DNA of 64,000 bases, taken from assembly GCA_030141605.1 (NCBI GenBank), contig JAQGDQ010000082.1, positions 124,001 to 188,000 on the forward strand, written 5' to 3'. Source of the stretch: Tubiluchus corallicola. Its lineage: Eukaryota > Animalia > Priapulida. The position numbers and the translations under genes were made by a program. Shown in pieces: positions 13,637 through 25,589 of this stretch. The stretch's first letter is position 1. Each line of letters begins with the position of its first letter. The notes beneath the pieces are model-generated. The model was not told where the DNA came from. It did no database searches and saw only the letters and a list, made by a program, of their open reading frames with translations.

Positions 13637-14088
13637 TTGACAACCCCACATCCAGGATTATGTGTGGATATAACTCTGACAACCTTGTCGTATTTTGACG
13701 TCCTTTTGTGTTTTATGTAGTGTACTTTGAGTCCAGTGAGGCCATGAGATCAAAATGTCTTTCTAGTGTCCGCGCCTACAACCAATTATAAAGTACCAGA
13801 AAAAAGAACTTGGCTATGTTGAAAATTAATTATTATTTTGTAATTTTATTCTGTATATTTACTGTCACTATACGTATATAGTTCTACTTCAACATTTTTA
13901 TCTTAATCTTTTTCGCGAATTGTGATATATAGAATGTAATTGAAAATAACAAAGAAAGAAGAGTATGCAAATACTCATTCTGTTCAGTGTGTGCTGGATA
14001 TTAGTTTTTCTTTCGGATTGTGTTAATGCTCTTTATTTTTAATATGTACGTCATTTTTCATTAAATTTACTTACATTAAATTCAGCTG

Positions 14089-14378
14089 GAACTGAATGCA
14101 ACCGAACTGAATGCTATTAGCATAAATTTGGATTTGCTTTAATTTTATTAAAAATAAATTCAACTTTTTTCATACATGTTTAGTTTTGATAGATTCCGCC
14201 ACCGCACAGTATTTGAATTGAACAATTGAACAGAATAGAACAATTGAACAATTGAATGCAACTGAACTGAATGTTGTTAGCATAAGTTTGTAGGTGCTTT
14301 AACTTTATTAAAAAATAAATTCAACTTTTTTTCATACATGTCTGGTTTTGATAGATTCCGCTCCAGCACAGTATTTGC
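14089..14378. repeat. Local direct duplication (~125-bp arms, ~160-bp period)
   Basis: gaatgcaacYgaactgaatg...aaaataaattcaacttttt...tttgatagattccgc...gcacagtatttg occurs twice. Confidence 0.85.
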
Positions 14379-17101
14379 ACCACGAAAGAGTCTGTCCTCT
14401 TTTCAGCAACTGCCTACCTGTCACGAATAAAGATAACACGCAAAGTTGTATGTGCATTTACTCTACTTACAGATTTGAGCCGACTAACCATGCTGTCTCT
14501 TTGTCTCTAAAGATCTATAGGTCTGTCTCATTGCTGTAACATTAATTATTACTGTGTTCATTGGTAATGGTGCCACTTAGTCTCGTCTTTGATCTCTTCC
14601 CTTAATGCTGTTGTTACTTGTCATCTGTAGGGAGAAATTCTCGTCTGATAATTTATGATGTTACGACCTAGATAACAGTCAGTTGTTTTACACTTGATGG
14701 TCGCGAGTTAATAGCTGAGTAGTTACGGCGACACGAAATAATCGCTTCGATAATCGCTCTCGCTAGTTTAATTTGTCATACGCCTCTGTCGGTTTAGTGA
14801 ATCATCTTAGAGACTAACCTTAAGTCAGATTGCGGTCTCGCCACGAAAAACCAAAATATTGACTGATTTATTTGGCATGGCAATGTATCATACAATGTTG
14901 TACAGATTTAATTAGAACACAGTATGTTTCTTAAAAAGCTTAGGTACATAATTATCCGTATATCCTAGGTGTTAGAAGTATAAATCGTTTTTTCATAAAG
15001 TATAGAAAAGGATTAGAAAAGGAAACGGTTTGAGAATGAAATTGAGCGATTGCTGAGTGAATCATTTTAGTGTGAAAAAGGATGCATATAAATGCAATAT
15101 AAAAGCTACGTGACAAAGTTTCAGCTTCCGAATCATCATCTTGTGACTGTCCTAAGGGAACCTTAAAATATTTCCATTAAAGAACGCTAGCATAAGCATT
15201 ACTATTTTGAAAACTTGCAGGAATTCGAGAAAATCACAATATAGTAAAGCACTTCGCCGAGTTTCTGTTGTTTTATTACATCTTGCGAAAAGCAATCTCT
15301 GATAAAATGACAATGCATTTTCCGTGTATGATTATGTTTTTTTATATGAACGTCTCTCAGAGGAGAAACCTTAATGGCGCGCTTAAGACGAACGTAGAGG
15401 CGTTTTTCAAAGAGAACCACATCACCGTATAACTCTGTTTCTCGTCTTTCCGAAGAGCTATAAATTTCCGTGTTCGAGCCCCTACCAAAGAACGTTTTTT
15501 CGGTGCGGCGGTCTTTTGAGCAAAGGACGGCCACTTGGGGGGGGGAGATTCATCCACGATCCGCCGTTTCTAGAGGAACACCCTATGGAAAGAAAAAACG
15601 TCCTAGCAACGAAGGGTGATGGGTGGAATGCGGAAGGAAATTGGAGGGAAAGAGGCAATATAGGACTATTCGACGATGTGGGTATCTTTGACAAATACTT
15701 CTACCAGGATAAAGTGTTATAAAATTAGGTTAAGGGAATGTGTTTCCTCTGTACGTCGCAACATACCCGACTGGCTCCCAGAAGACAAATACTAGAGAGG
15801 GCCTAGGATAAACGTAGATGAAGCCTGACTACATGCAGGTTGGCGTGTTGAAAACAAGTCTAAAAAGGAGGGTAAAAAGTTATAGGCGCAGTTTTGTGTC
15901 TAGATTTAGATTATTATTTTCCCTCTTTCTGCATGCGCCCATTGGTCTGTTATTTGTATTGTGTTGCCTTTTAAAGAGAGGAAGATACAAATCGTCCTTT
16001 GTTCTTTTCATCAACAACCCAACAAGAAAAATGGATTACTTTTAATTTTGCTCTTTACTGTTTATGAACGCGAACAAAAATGATCTTTTCACAGTTCATG
16101 GACGAAACAGGGGCTTTTTTATTGATAACATTGTCAAGTAATATCAGTGTGGTATAGTCACCTTGTGTTGCATGGCAACGCGTAATTGTTATTAATGTTA
16201 ATAATTAAGCTGTTTCTAAATTAAACAAAAAACTTAGTTTATTATTTCGCCTAATGCAAATAAGAGTTTTCGCATTCTCAGGCAAATTAAGATTGCTGGT
16301 TTGTACATAAATCAGTCGTTTCTGTTTTTTGTCATGATTAACATGAGTATATCCATAAAGGTACTGCCATTTCACCAATTCCAATGAACTAGAAAAAGTC
16401 GTACAGGTGCCATTCTTATTCAGTGACAATAGAACTCGCAAACGTGCAAGTTGTAGCCATGTTTGCAGTTGAGTGGAAGAATAGTAAAAAAATATGCAAG
16501 TGACCTAAACATGTACCAAACAGTATGAAGCAGATAACAAATTTTTGGACTGAGGTAGGGGAATAACTTGCAAAATGAACGGGTAATCACCAATAAAAAC
16601 TACAAGGCTCAAGGCGGTTTCGTCTGCTGGGTTTCATCTGACTGACTTGAGAAACTAGTCGTTTACGAACGTCTCGTTCTCGAACTTGAGTAAAACACCT
16701 GCCTCGTCGCAGATGTCTTTCATAATAAGGTAGGTTTAGGTCCCGCCACATCACAAACATTAGCAAACCCTACTGGATCAAAAATATCGTGTTTTAATAC
16801 ACGCCTGAAAACGCTTAAAGGCAGAGCCTTCAGGGAAACGATTATAGCGTGACCGAAGTCTGATTCGTTATCAACATCACAGATGCCTCAGCCACGGTCA
16901 AATGTACGCAAATAAGCCAAGGTTAATGGATGATACCGCCTAGAGTGAGTATCGAACCTAGTAATTTGCACGACACGGAAATAGAAGCGTCAGCTTATCC
17001 ACTCGTCACATACTCGTCTACTTTACAAACGTAATAACTTTGTATTTTTCGTTTGTTTCAGAGTCCGCATTGTGTTCGACGTAGCAACCATTCTCAGAAA
17101 G

Positions 17102-18253
17102 ATGGCGGCCAAAGTGGTGTCGCCGCTTATGTCGTTGGATCACCTATCCTACAACATGTCTGGTGATTCATCTGACTCGGACGTAACTCGTGTGAACGCT
17201 AACTTCGACGAAGAAATACGAAAGCTGAATTTTTACACGTATACATTCGTAATTCCACTAATTTGCTTGTTTGGTGTAGTTGGCAATAGCCTTAATCTTA
17301 TTGTGTTGTGTAAAGGCAAAAATCTGCAATCTGTTTCTTATGTGTACATTCGCTGGATGGCAATCGCAGACTTATTCATCATGATCTTGATGATTCCCTT
17401 CACAATGAACAAAGCGCCCCCAGTCGCAATGCCGAACACTATTCACATGGCACGCTACACAGCGCACTGGCAATTGCTGCTTATCAACAGCTTTATTTGT
17501 GCCAGTGATCTTCTAGTAGTGGCCCTCACCTTGGACCGTTTCTTCGCGATCTGCCATCCAATGGTCACCAAAGACTGGCGAACGTTTTTCAACGCTAAGA
17601 TATTGGTGTTTTGCATCTACGTGTGTTCATTTTTGCTTCACGTGCCATACGCTGTCCATCGCGAGGTGAAGGAAACTATGGTCCAAAGCGGCAACAACAC
17701 GATAGATGGCGGAATGAACGTCACCCGATATGACGTCATCTTCAACCAGGATGTGTACAACAGTAACTGGTACAAGCACGTCTGGGTGTGGACAAAAGAA
17801 ACCCTGACAAAGTTCATTCCCATCATTACTGTTCTAATTCTGAACGCTAGCATTGGCTGTAAATACAGACGACGTCAGCGAAAACTCAAAAAGCTGCGAA
17901 AAAGGACCGTCTATTCTGGACAGAGAATGGGAAGAGGCGAGCGACGTCTAGTCATCCTTCTATTCTGCATTGTAGCCATATTCCTCATCTGCACTGTTCC
18001 AGCGGCAATGGCTGCTGCTTTGCTAAATGAAACACGGTACAAGACCTACCCTTTCCACGTGTTCATGTCTGTGGCCAACTGTTTAGAAACAGCGAATCAC
18101 GCCATTAACTTTTATGTATATAGTGTGGCCAGTACGGATTTCAGGCAAAATTTTCGCTACGTCTTTTGTCGTCTATCTATAGAACCCGACGAAGAATCGA
18201 GTGCTTTCTTTTCCGGACAATCAAAAGGACTTTGCAATCATTCAGGCACGTAA
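17102..18253 (+). CDS. Class A (rhodopsin-family) peptide GPCR, FMRFamide/myosuppressin/sex-peptide-receptor-like orphan group, 383 aa
   Basis: Seven hydrophobic segments. GN in TM1 (GVVGNSLN), MAIAD in TM2, LTLDRFFAICHP (DRY variant), basic ICL3, CTVP in TM6, NFYVY in TM7. ATG at 17102 follows the acceptor tttgtttcag (17061). Candidate 5'UTR intron 16945-17061 (gtgagt). Confidence 0.93.
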   Translation: MAAKVVSPLMSLDHLSYNMSGDSSDSDVTRVNANFDEEIRKLNFYTYTFVIPLICLFGVVGNSLNLIVLCKGKNLQSVSYVYIRWMAIADLFIMILMIPFTMNKAPPVAMPNTIHMARYTAHWQLLLINSFICASDLLVVALTLDRFFAICHPMVTKDWRTFFNAKILVFCIYVCSFLLHVPYAVHREVKETMVQSGNNTIDGGMNVTRYDVIFNQDVYNSNWYKHVWVWTKETLTKFIPIITVLILNASIGCKYRRRQRKLKKLRKRTVYSGQRMGRGERRLVILLFCIVAIFLICTVPAAMAAALLNETRYKTYPFHVFMSVANCLETANHAINFYVYSVASTDFRQNFRYVFCRLSIEPDEESSAFFSGQSKGLCNHSGT

Positions 18254-18599
18254 TCGTCGTGCTCGGGTGATTATCTTGAACATTGTTATTACGCCTTCAG
18301 TTCGTTAAATTTTCGTATAAAAATTTAAGCTTTATCAACAGTTGTTCACGCGGATAGTAATCAGTACGTTGACTGGTTGATTAAGGTTTGAAATTAATTA
18401 CTCTAAATTACGTTTAATTGCCACGCGCTTCACTATCACGAATTTATGACGTGATTTTATTGAAATAATACACGTCGTCTTCTCGTTGGATCAATGGTTT
18501 TTTCATTTACTCTTTAGAACAACTAATGACTTGTTCACACTAACATGGACGATTAAATGCAAGGACTCGTTAATTTTTAACGTGAAGAGAGTCGTCTTG

Positions 18600-19140
18600 C
18601 GATGACTACTGCCTTTAGGTCAGACAGTTTTACGGCAAATATTAGCTTGCAACGTTTCGACCACTGACCCCCCTCCCCACTTTAATGCGATTAAAAATTA
18701 AAGATTAGAGAATCAAATTCCAAAGATAGCAGTTCAGAATCGTACACCGCCACACATTTAAAAAACAATAGCCTAGTAGACTCTCCCTGTTGGTTCAGCT
18801 CTGGCTTCAGATTTTTTATGGCCAGAGCTTCGTGTAACAAGCATTCGAATTTGGTTTCGCATATTTAAACAACTGAAAATGAATCAAGTTTGGTTTCAGC
18901 CCGGTGCAATCTCTCAAGTGAATCCCAACTGCCAAAATACAGATACTCCTCAACTCTCTTGTATAACTAACACGTGGTGTAACCCATATAGTAGTTACAA
19001 AATTACAAAAATCACCAACTCAGACTTCATCTTATTTGATCGAAAATAATCCTCCAGTTTTCGACTTACAAACACTGAATTGACTCGTATCGGGATTCTT
19101 GATTTACCATTTTCCACCAGGTTAACTTCACAGTCTACCC
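18600..19140 (-). mobile_element. Decayed Penelope-like retroelement, GIY-YIG endonuclease fragment
   Basis: Minus translation gives NSVFVSRKLEDYF, YMGYTTC*LYKRVEE and CETKFECLLHEALAIKNLKPELNQQ (YxGxT..R..E..LN pattern). A downstream ggtcgaaacgtt at ~18651-18662 is typical of PLE termini. Stops and frameshifts are present. Confidence 0.75.
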
Positions 19141-22100
19141 TTGACGGGATTCAATTCAATTCAATTCCAATTTTCTTATTTGTCTCACTCAATGGGTTAC
19201 AAAGGGTTTGAAATGGCACTCAGTAAATTATATTAACAAAATAGAGACGGGAGCGAAAGACCATATGCTAACAGCCACCCCTATATTAATACGTTATTTT
19301 TAGATACCACGGCTTTTTTAAATTTAATAATACGAATACGTTATGTCAATTATTATCCCTACTATGAGTTGTGGATTTAATATTGTCTGATGAGACAATA
19401 ACTACATTTGTGCAAATGAGATTAATCAATTTACAGATATTTTGAAATTTATGGTGGGGAAAATGAGCAAAAAAGCAACATAATACAATTATTAGAAATA
19501 CAGTTGCAGAAGAAAATCGAAGGATCCTAACTGATTCCTGGAGTAGACATGCACTTATTTTTGTTAAATTTTGAATCTTTTCGATTAACCATTGCGCGCT
19601 GGTTGACACAAGTGCGCCATAATTGGTTATCTAGTTTAATAGTTTTCTAGTAATTCTTAAGTTCAATCTCCTTAAATGTCAAACCATCGTACCGTATCCT
19701 TTCGAATGTTTTGCATACGCTACAGAATGTGAAATTGAATTCCTTATGACAATATCTCGTGGTAGATTTCGCATAATAGAGTAATTGTGTGTCTACCGAC
19801 GTATGCAACCTGACAGTCTGTTTGTCGTGCAGTTTAAAAACATTAAACATTGTGGATAAAAACACCTTTCCAGTTTTTTTTTGACAGGCAACTAAGAAGA
19901 GAAATAGGCTTAAATGTTGTTAACGCTCTGGAATTAGTGTCGATATCTTTTGGTATAAGGATTCGTTTCGTTTTTCCATATCAATGGATGCTCTATGTCC
20001 ATTGATTTCTAGAATAGCTTTGCTAGTACAGTTACCAAGGAATCGCTGTATATTTATAAACTCTATTGCTGATACGATTGTCACGCGTTGATTTGGTTAG
20101 ATCAAATGACTTAGGAATGTTACATATTACCTCGTTCGTTTATTTCTATGCTTGACAGTACGTGTAAGGGCAATACATGCAAGCTCACCAAGCATTTTAG
20201 GTATATGCATATAAGCTAACGACAATTTCCATGATTTTGAAATCTTTGTTTGTCATTTTTCGCTCGCTTTTGATACATGTCTTTGTTGGATAAGACAGGA
20301 CCAAGTGCGACTAAGTCCAATTAAGACTAGATTAAGGTCGAACTGTGGACTAAGGTCTCACTCAGCGTTAATGGAAATGCTCTTAATCCGGATTAGATCT
20401 GCCAGTGCGAGTTAAGCAAAGCTGATATTGGCAAAGATGGGTAACTGATCACAATAAACTGCTTCGGGACGATTTGCCATATTACATCCCGCTATATACC
20501 TCTTTGAGGGAAGATGACTAAATCAAAATCATTCCAATATTGGCTATCTATCCCCCATTGGTTCATGTTTTTAGACAAATTGCCTCAAACAAGATAAATG
20601 GCCACGCAAATACTCCTGTAACGTCATGTCTCATGTAAGAAGAGTAATTACAGAATCAGTATTGTTACAATCCTTAATTTAGCAAAAAATGCTCGATTGA
20701 CAGTAACAAATTTTCTTAATCGGGATGCTTCATCGGGATGCCATTTGGCAGGCCTCTTTGATCGCGAAGGTTAATGAGGGATTATCAGACAAGATCTTGG
20801 TTGCTAAGTAACAGAGAAATATTCAAAGGATGTTGATGAAATTTCATGGTAAATGGAGAAAGTAAAAAAATCTTTAAAAGTTTTCTGGTTGTGAAATTTT
20901 GGGGGACCATTACAAAAAGACAGCTTTAATTCAAATAAATTTCTCGAGAGCAGCAGTTTGTCTAGGTGATGCTTTAGTTTTGCTCTTTGCCACAAAGTAT
21001 TTGTGCAATCATAAATGTAAAGTGAAAACAATTTTTTAATCTTTTGACTATCTATATTTCTTCCATTAAAACACAAGAAAATCCTCCACTTACGCAGAGC
21101 TTAAAAAATTCGTCTTGAAGTTTTATACCACTTACATACTGCTTTTTTGTATACAGGGCTTGCGTCGGCAGTGACGATGTATAAAATGCGCGATGACCGT
21201 TAGATGCAGCCATTTTGACGATAAGTCATTTGAAACAAGTTTAGATAACACTGAGTAAAGTTTGAAACAATAATCAGAGCATTCGTAGCGCACACGTACT
21301 AACTAAGTAAAAGTTTAAATCACTGTATCTTGTCAATAAGATTAAAAATAAATTTTTTTGGTTTGTGAGTGTTGCAACCTGGAGGTGAGTCAACGACAGG
21401 ATACCAATTGGTGGAAACATTTTAAATAATTAATAATTTTCTATTCTAGTTACATAAGTTTTTCAAGCATTTAAACGAAAGGCTAAGTAATATAAATTTG
21501 CATTATAAGTTTTTTGGACATAGTTTAACATTTCTTTTTCTTCCCCTGGTTTGCGTTGTACGTATAGGCGTCATGTAATGGCGCGGTCGAGGCGGTATTG
21601 CGGGAGATTTAAAATAAAAGTAAATAAAAAATCCTCTCAACGTGAGTATTACAAACTGCTATAATTTTATAAGCGATTTTTCTGAAACCTACTTCAGATA
21701 CCTCTTTTCTTGTCCTTTAAACAAAGCGATGGAATTTGAGTGTCAACTCATTTCCTTGCACTTTCTATTGGAAAAACAGCTGCATTTTAATCTGTAACTG
21801 TGTCATATCTACGTTTTTTATATTTCAAAAGCCTTTCGTTTCGCTAACACTCTGTAAACACGCTTAAATACAGTCAACACAGATTTTATTTTTACTAAAT
21901 CGTTTATTTTTAGGCACGTTTACATGACATTCTCTACAAAGTTGTCTGGCACACTAGAAAAAACTTATTTCGGCGCCTCGTAATCAAAAGACCTCTTAGA
22001 CGTTTCTAATTACGAAAAGGAGAAACCGGTCGTGACACTAGAAAGCTATTTAGCGAATTTATTAAATTAATAAGCAAACAACGTTGCAATATATTGAGAC

Positions 22101-25100
22101 TTTTGAGCTTATAATATTGGTACGACGGCGAAAAGCCACTTATTTTCACCCCCTACCTCTATATTGTGATGGTTTAATCCATTACGAAACCATTGCATAT
22201 CAGCTTCGCATAACAGATGTGGAATGGCCTCGTTGATTCGGTAGGCAGACCGATAGGTGCGGAAACCGTCTGAGACAAGTTACTGGCAAGTCTTCTAACA
22301 TTAGTTTATTAGTTTTTCCGTTTTGGCGTTCGCTTTTCTACAAAAACACAGGCTAAAAGTGATAGTTTCACCACGACGGCGCAGTTTCCAGTATTGGACC
22401 AGGACATCTTGTCCTCCGGAAAGCCTGGATTCGAACCTACCGGGACGAGCTGCTACCAACCTCCTGGCGGTGAGAACCCGCCGACGTTACAATATACGTA
22501 TACCGAGTGCAAGTAACGTACACTAAGCAAAGCTGAGCATAACACAAGCTGACAAGAATAGAGACAATGAACTAAAATTAAAATCCCACAATTAAAACAA
22601 GGCAGAAAGAAAAACACGCCGTTCCAAACGACGACTGCAATTTATCTTCAGAAAAAAAAGACAAAAAGTCACATGCTATTACCCAATTTTTTGGGAGTTC
22701 TATTCATATTATTAACACAAAAAGATATCATATAAAAATAAAACAAACACAGAAGAACAGCAAATAAAAAGCGCAATGGAGAAACACAGACGTATAAAAT
22801 AATTGGCGAGAGTACAGAACGAGTTACAGTACATATTATAAAAAACTCCTCAAAAATTTGTATTTGTAATTCCACTGGATTTTTTTCATTTTTTTCACAT
22901 GAAGATAAACTACAGTGGTAGTTTGAAATCTCGTGTTTTACTAGTTTTTTAATAATGAGATTTTTTAATTCAAGCAGGGCGTCTCAGAAGTCACAATACA
23001 CTATATTTTTTATTTTTTATCGAACGAGAAAAAATGCTTGAAAATAGATAGAGATGAACTAATTAAACCCAAATGACATCAACACCACACACAAACAACA
23101 AAATTTGACAACCAACTGCAAATTATAGCAGCTGCTTGTCTTTCTTGAACATATTTAATTCATGAGAGCAGGCAAGCTCATGCCCTGAAAAACAACAAAG
23201 AAGATACATACATGCAACCAGTTACAAACAAGATGCCAAATACAGAAAAGCTACTAGAAGACTTTCAGTGGGTATAACTAAGTCCAATTCCTAGTACTAC
23301 AGCAATAAAACCTTTGGGGATACTTTTATTCGTATCAGATGAACATCTGAAGAGCTATTTCGCTGGGAGATTTTTACATATTTGTGCGCCATCTTTTTCT
23401 CAAAGTACTTCAGCTAATGTTTGCGCAACAATCTTTAATTACTACTTTAAGTTCATGAAGGGGTCTTGTTGCATAAACTTAATCATATTAATGATACATT
23501 TCCACAGACTGCTTTTTAGTCATGCCAAAATTGGAGAAAAATTTGTGATTCCCCGCCATTAGACAAGGGGGTAAAATAGCAAGGAATTGGATATTAGCAC
23601 CACCAAGCGGAGGAAATTTTACCTATTGCACAATAATGTGACAAGTAATTTGATATCTGCACAATTTGTTGTAACATTGAATTTTCCGGAAATGGTGAGA
23701 GCAATGATGTAATTACCTACATCATTGTAATGGTTTTGATTGAACCACACCACAAGTTTGAACTAAATTTCATGCCTCCAAGTTGAATGAAAAGAAGCTC
23801 CTTTTCCCTACCCCAATTGAAGAACCTTTTTATGTACATCAGTTGATTGATTATTCAATCACTTATTCGCCTAGAACCACTTTTTTATATACGATCCATG
23901 AGGATTTTTCGGGCATCAAACATTTAACTCCATAAATCTACTCAAATTATTTTAATGTATATCTGTACTTTAATGTATTTAACCGTACGTTAGCAGAAGA
24001 AAATGGTGCAAACCTTCAAAATAATATAGTGTCAAAATTTTTTCAATAGTTGAGTAAGAGTTTACCACCAGATGAACGTGGGTTAGTCGATTAGCTGCAA
24101 AGAAATTTGAAAATCAGCGAGTGTTTTATAAAACACCAACCAACTAACTAACTGACTAACTGTATGACTGACTGGCTGGCTGATTAACTGACTACCTAAA
24201 AAGACAAACTAATTATTTAAATAAATAAATAAATAAATAAATAAAAATCTATTTTAGATATTTAGGAAAAAACATGGGTCAATTCTTCTTACAAGAATCG
24301 ATTATGAAAATGAGAAGAGATAAAAAGTACACAAACTGTTGCTTTCAGTTTTTGTAGGCAGGACAGGACACTCAAACGTCTCTTGGGTGCACAGGTTTGT
24401 GACGTGTTGCAGATGATAGACCTCCCACTTAGGACAAAAGGCTTGGACAGCACTGAGGGAATGTAAACAGGGTGCAGTGCGTGCGGAGGAACTTTTTCTA
24501 GGATCCGAGATAGGCTTGCAGTTCTTTTAAATCAAACATAATAAAAATGTAATAATAAAAGCAATTACTAATCATGAAAAGCAATGAAAAATAGCTTTTA
24601 ATTTTTGTAATTTGCACAAATTTGTTGACATTTGTGTGTTTTATTATTAATGCAGCTAATTTTTTGTAAACTTTTCAATACTGTAATGTCGGGCCCACTT
24701 TCGCATTTGGTAGAATCTCCTGTTTTCTCCTTGATTTTTGTTCACGAATAGCATCCTCATTCGGAAAATGTTAAAGAAAAATAAATAAACGTCTGAAAAG
24801 CCCAAAAATAGTCTTAAAACAATAAAGATAAAACATTAATTTTTAACTTAACTTACATTTTATGCATTCTCAGTTCATTTGTTGAGAACTCGGAGGCTCA
24901 AATTTAACTCATTACACAGAGAAAGTATGCATATTTCACAAAGCACATCACAAATGCAGGCTCCATTTTAGTATACAAATAGGTTTTCGCTGAAAGAATA
25001 TCTCACGATTTCAGGCACCTGCAATTGTCAAGCCTTACCTGGAATTTATTTGATTTCGAATGCATTGTGTAGTGTGTGGTGCTGCTGCTGTCTCTTCTTC

Positions 25101-25589
25101 TTTTAAATTTTCTTCGTCTATCTCTTATATGAACGTGTGGCTGATCGTGAAGATTGAGTGAAGACCTTGTAGACCAGACTGAATGTATGTCTTGAAGACA
25201 AGGACAAATTGGTGCTTAATTTTTTTTGAGTAATAATAATAATCAACATTATTCATATTATTTTGATCGGTATTAGCGTTCAACAGGAAACCAGCTTGAT
25301 GGTGTAAAGTCCAAACAGATGAACTTGCCTTGTCCCTATACTAGTTACGTTTAGCGCTGAAATATTGTTCATACCTGCCTGTTTGTACCTGCTGAACGTA
25401 CTGAACTATTACTGTGGGTAGCCTGATTCTTTTATTATGACGGTATATTTATATAATAATTATATAATTATTTATTATTAATTATAATTATATTAATTAT
25501 TTATAATTATTTACTATATATATATAATAAATTTGTTTTGTATCGAATGTCACAATGTAGATGAAAATAAACGGCATTTCTCACTCACA

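Noticed and set aside
15150-16050. GC-richer block with several short ORFs
   Set aside because: No recognisable protein motif, paired TIRs or consistent splice sites. Possibly regulatory or an old transposon, but unsupported.
22420-22450. B-box-like ggattcgaacc suggesting a tRNA gene
   Set aside because: No cloverleaf or A-box could be built. At most a SINE fragment.
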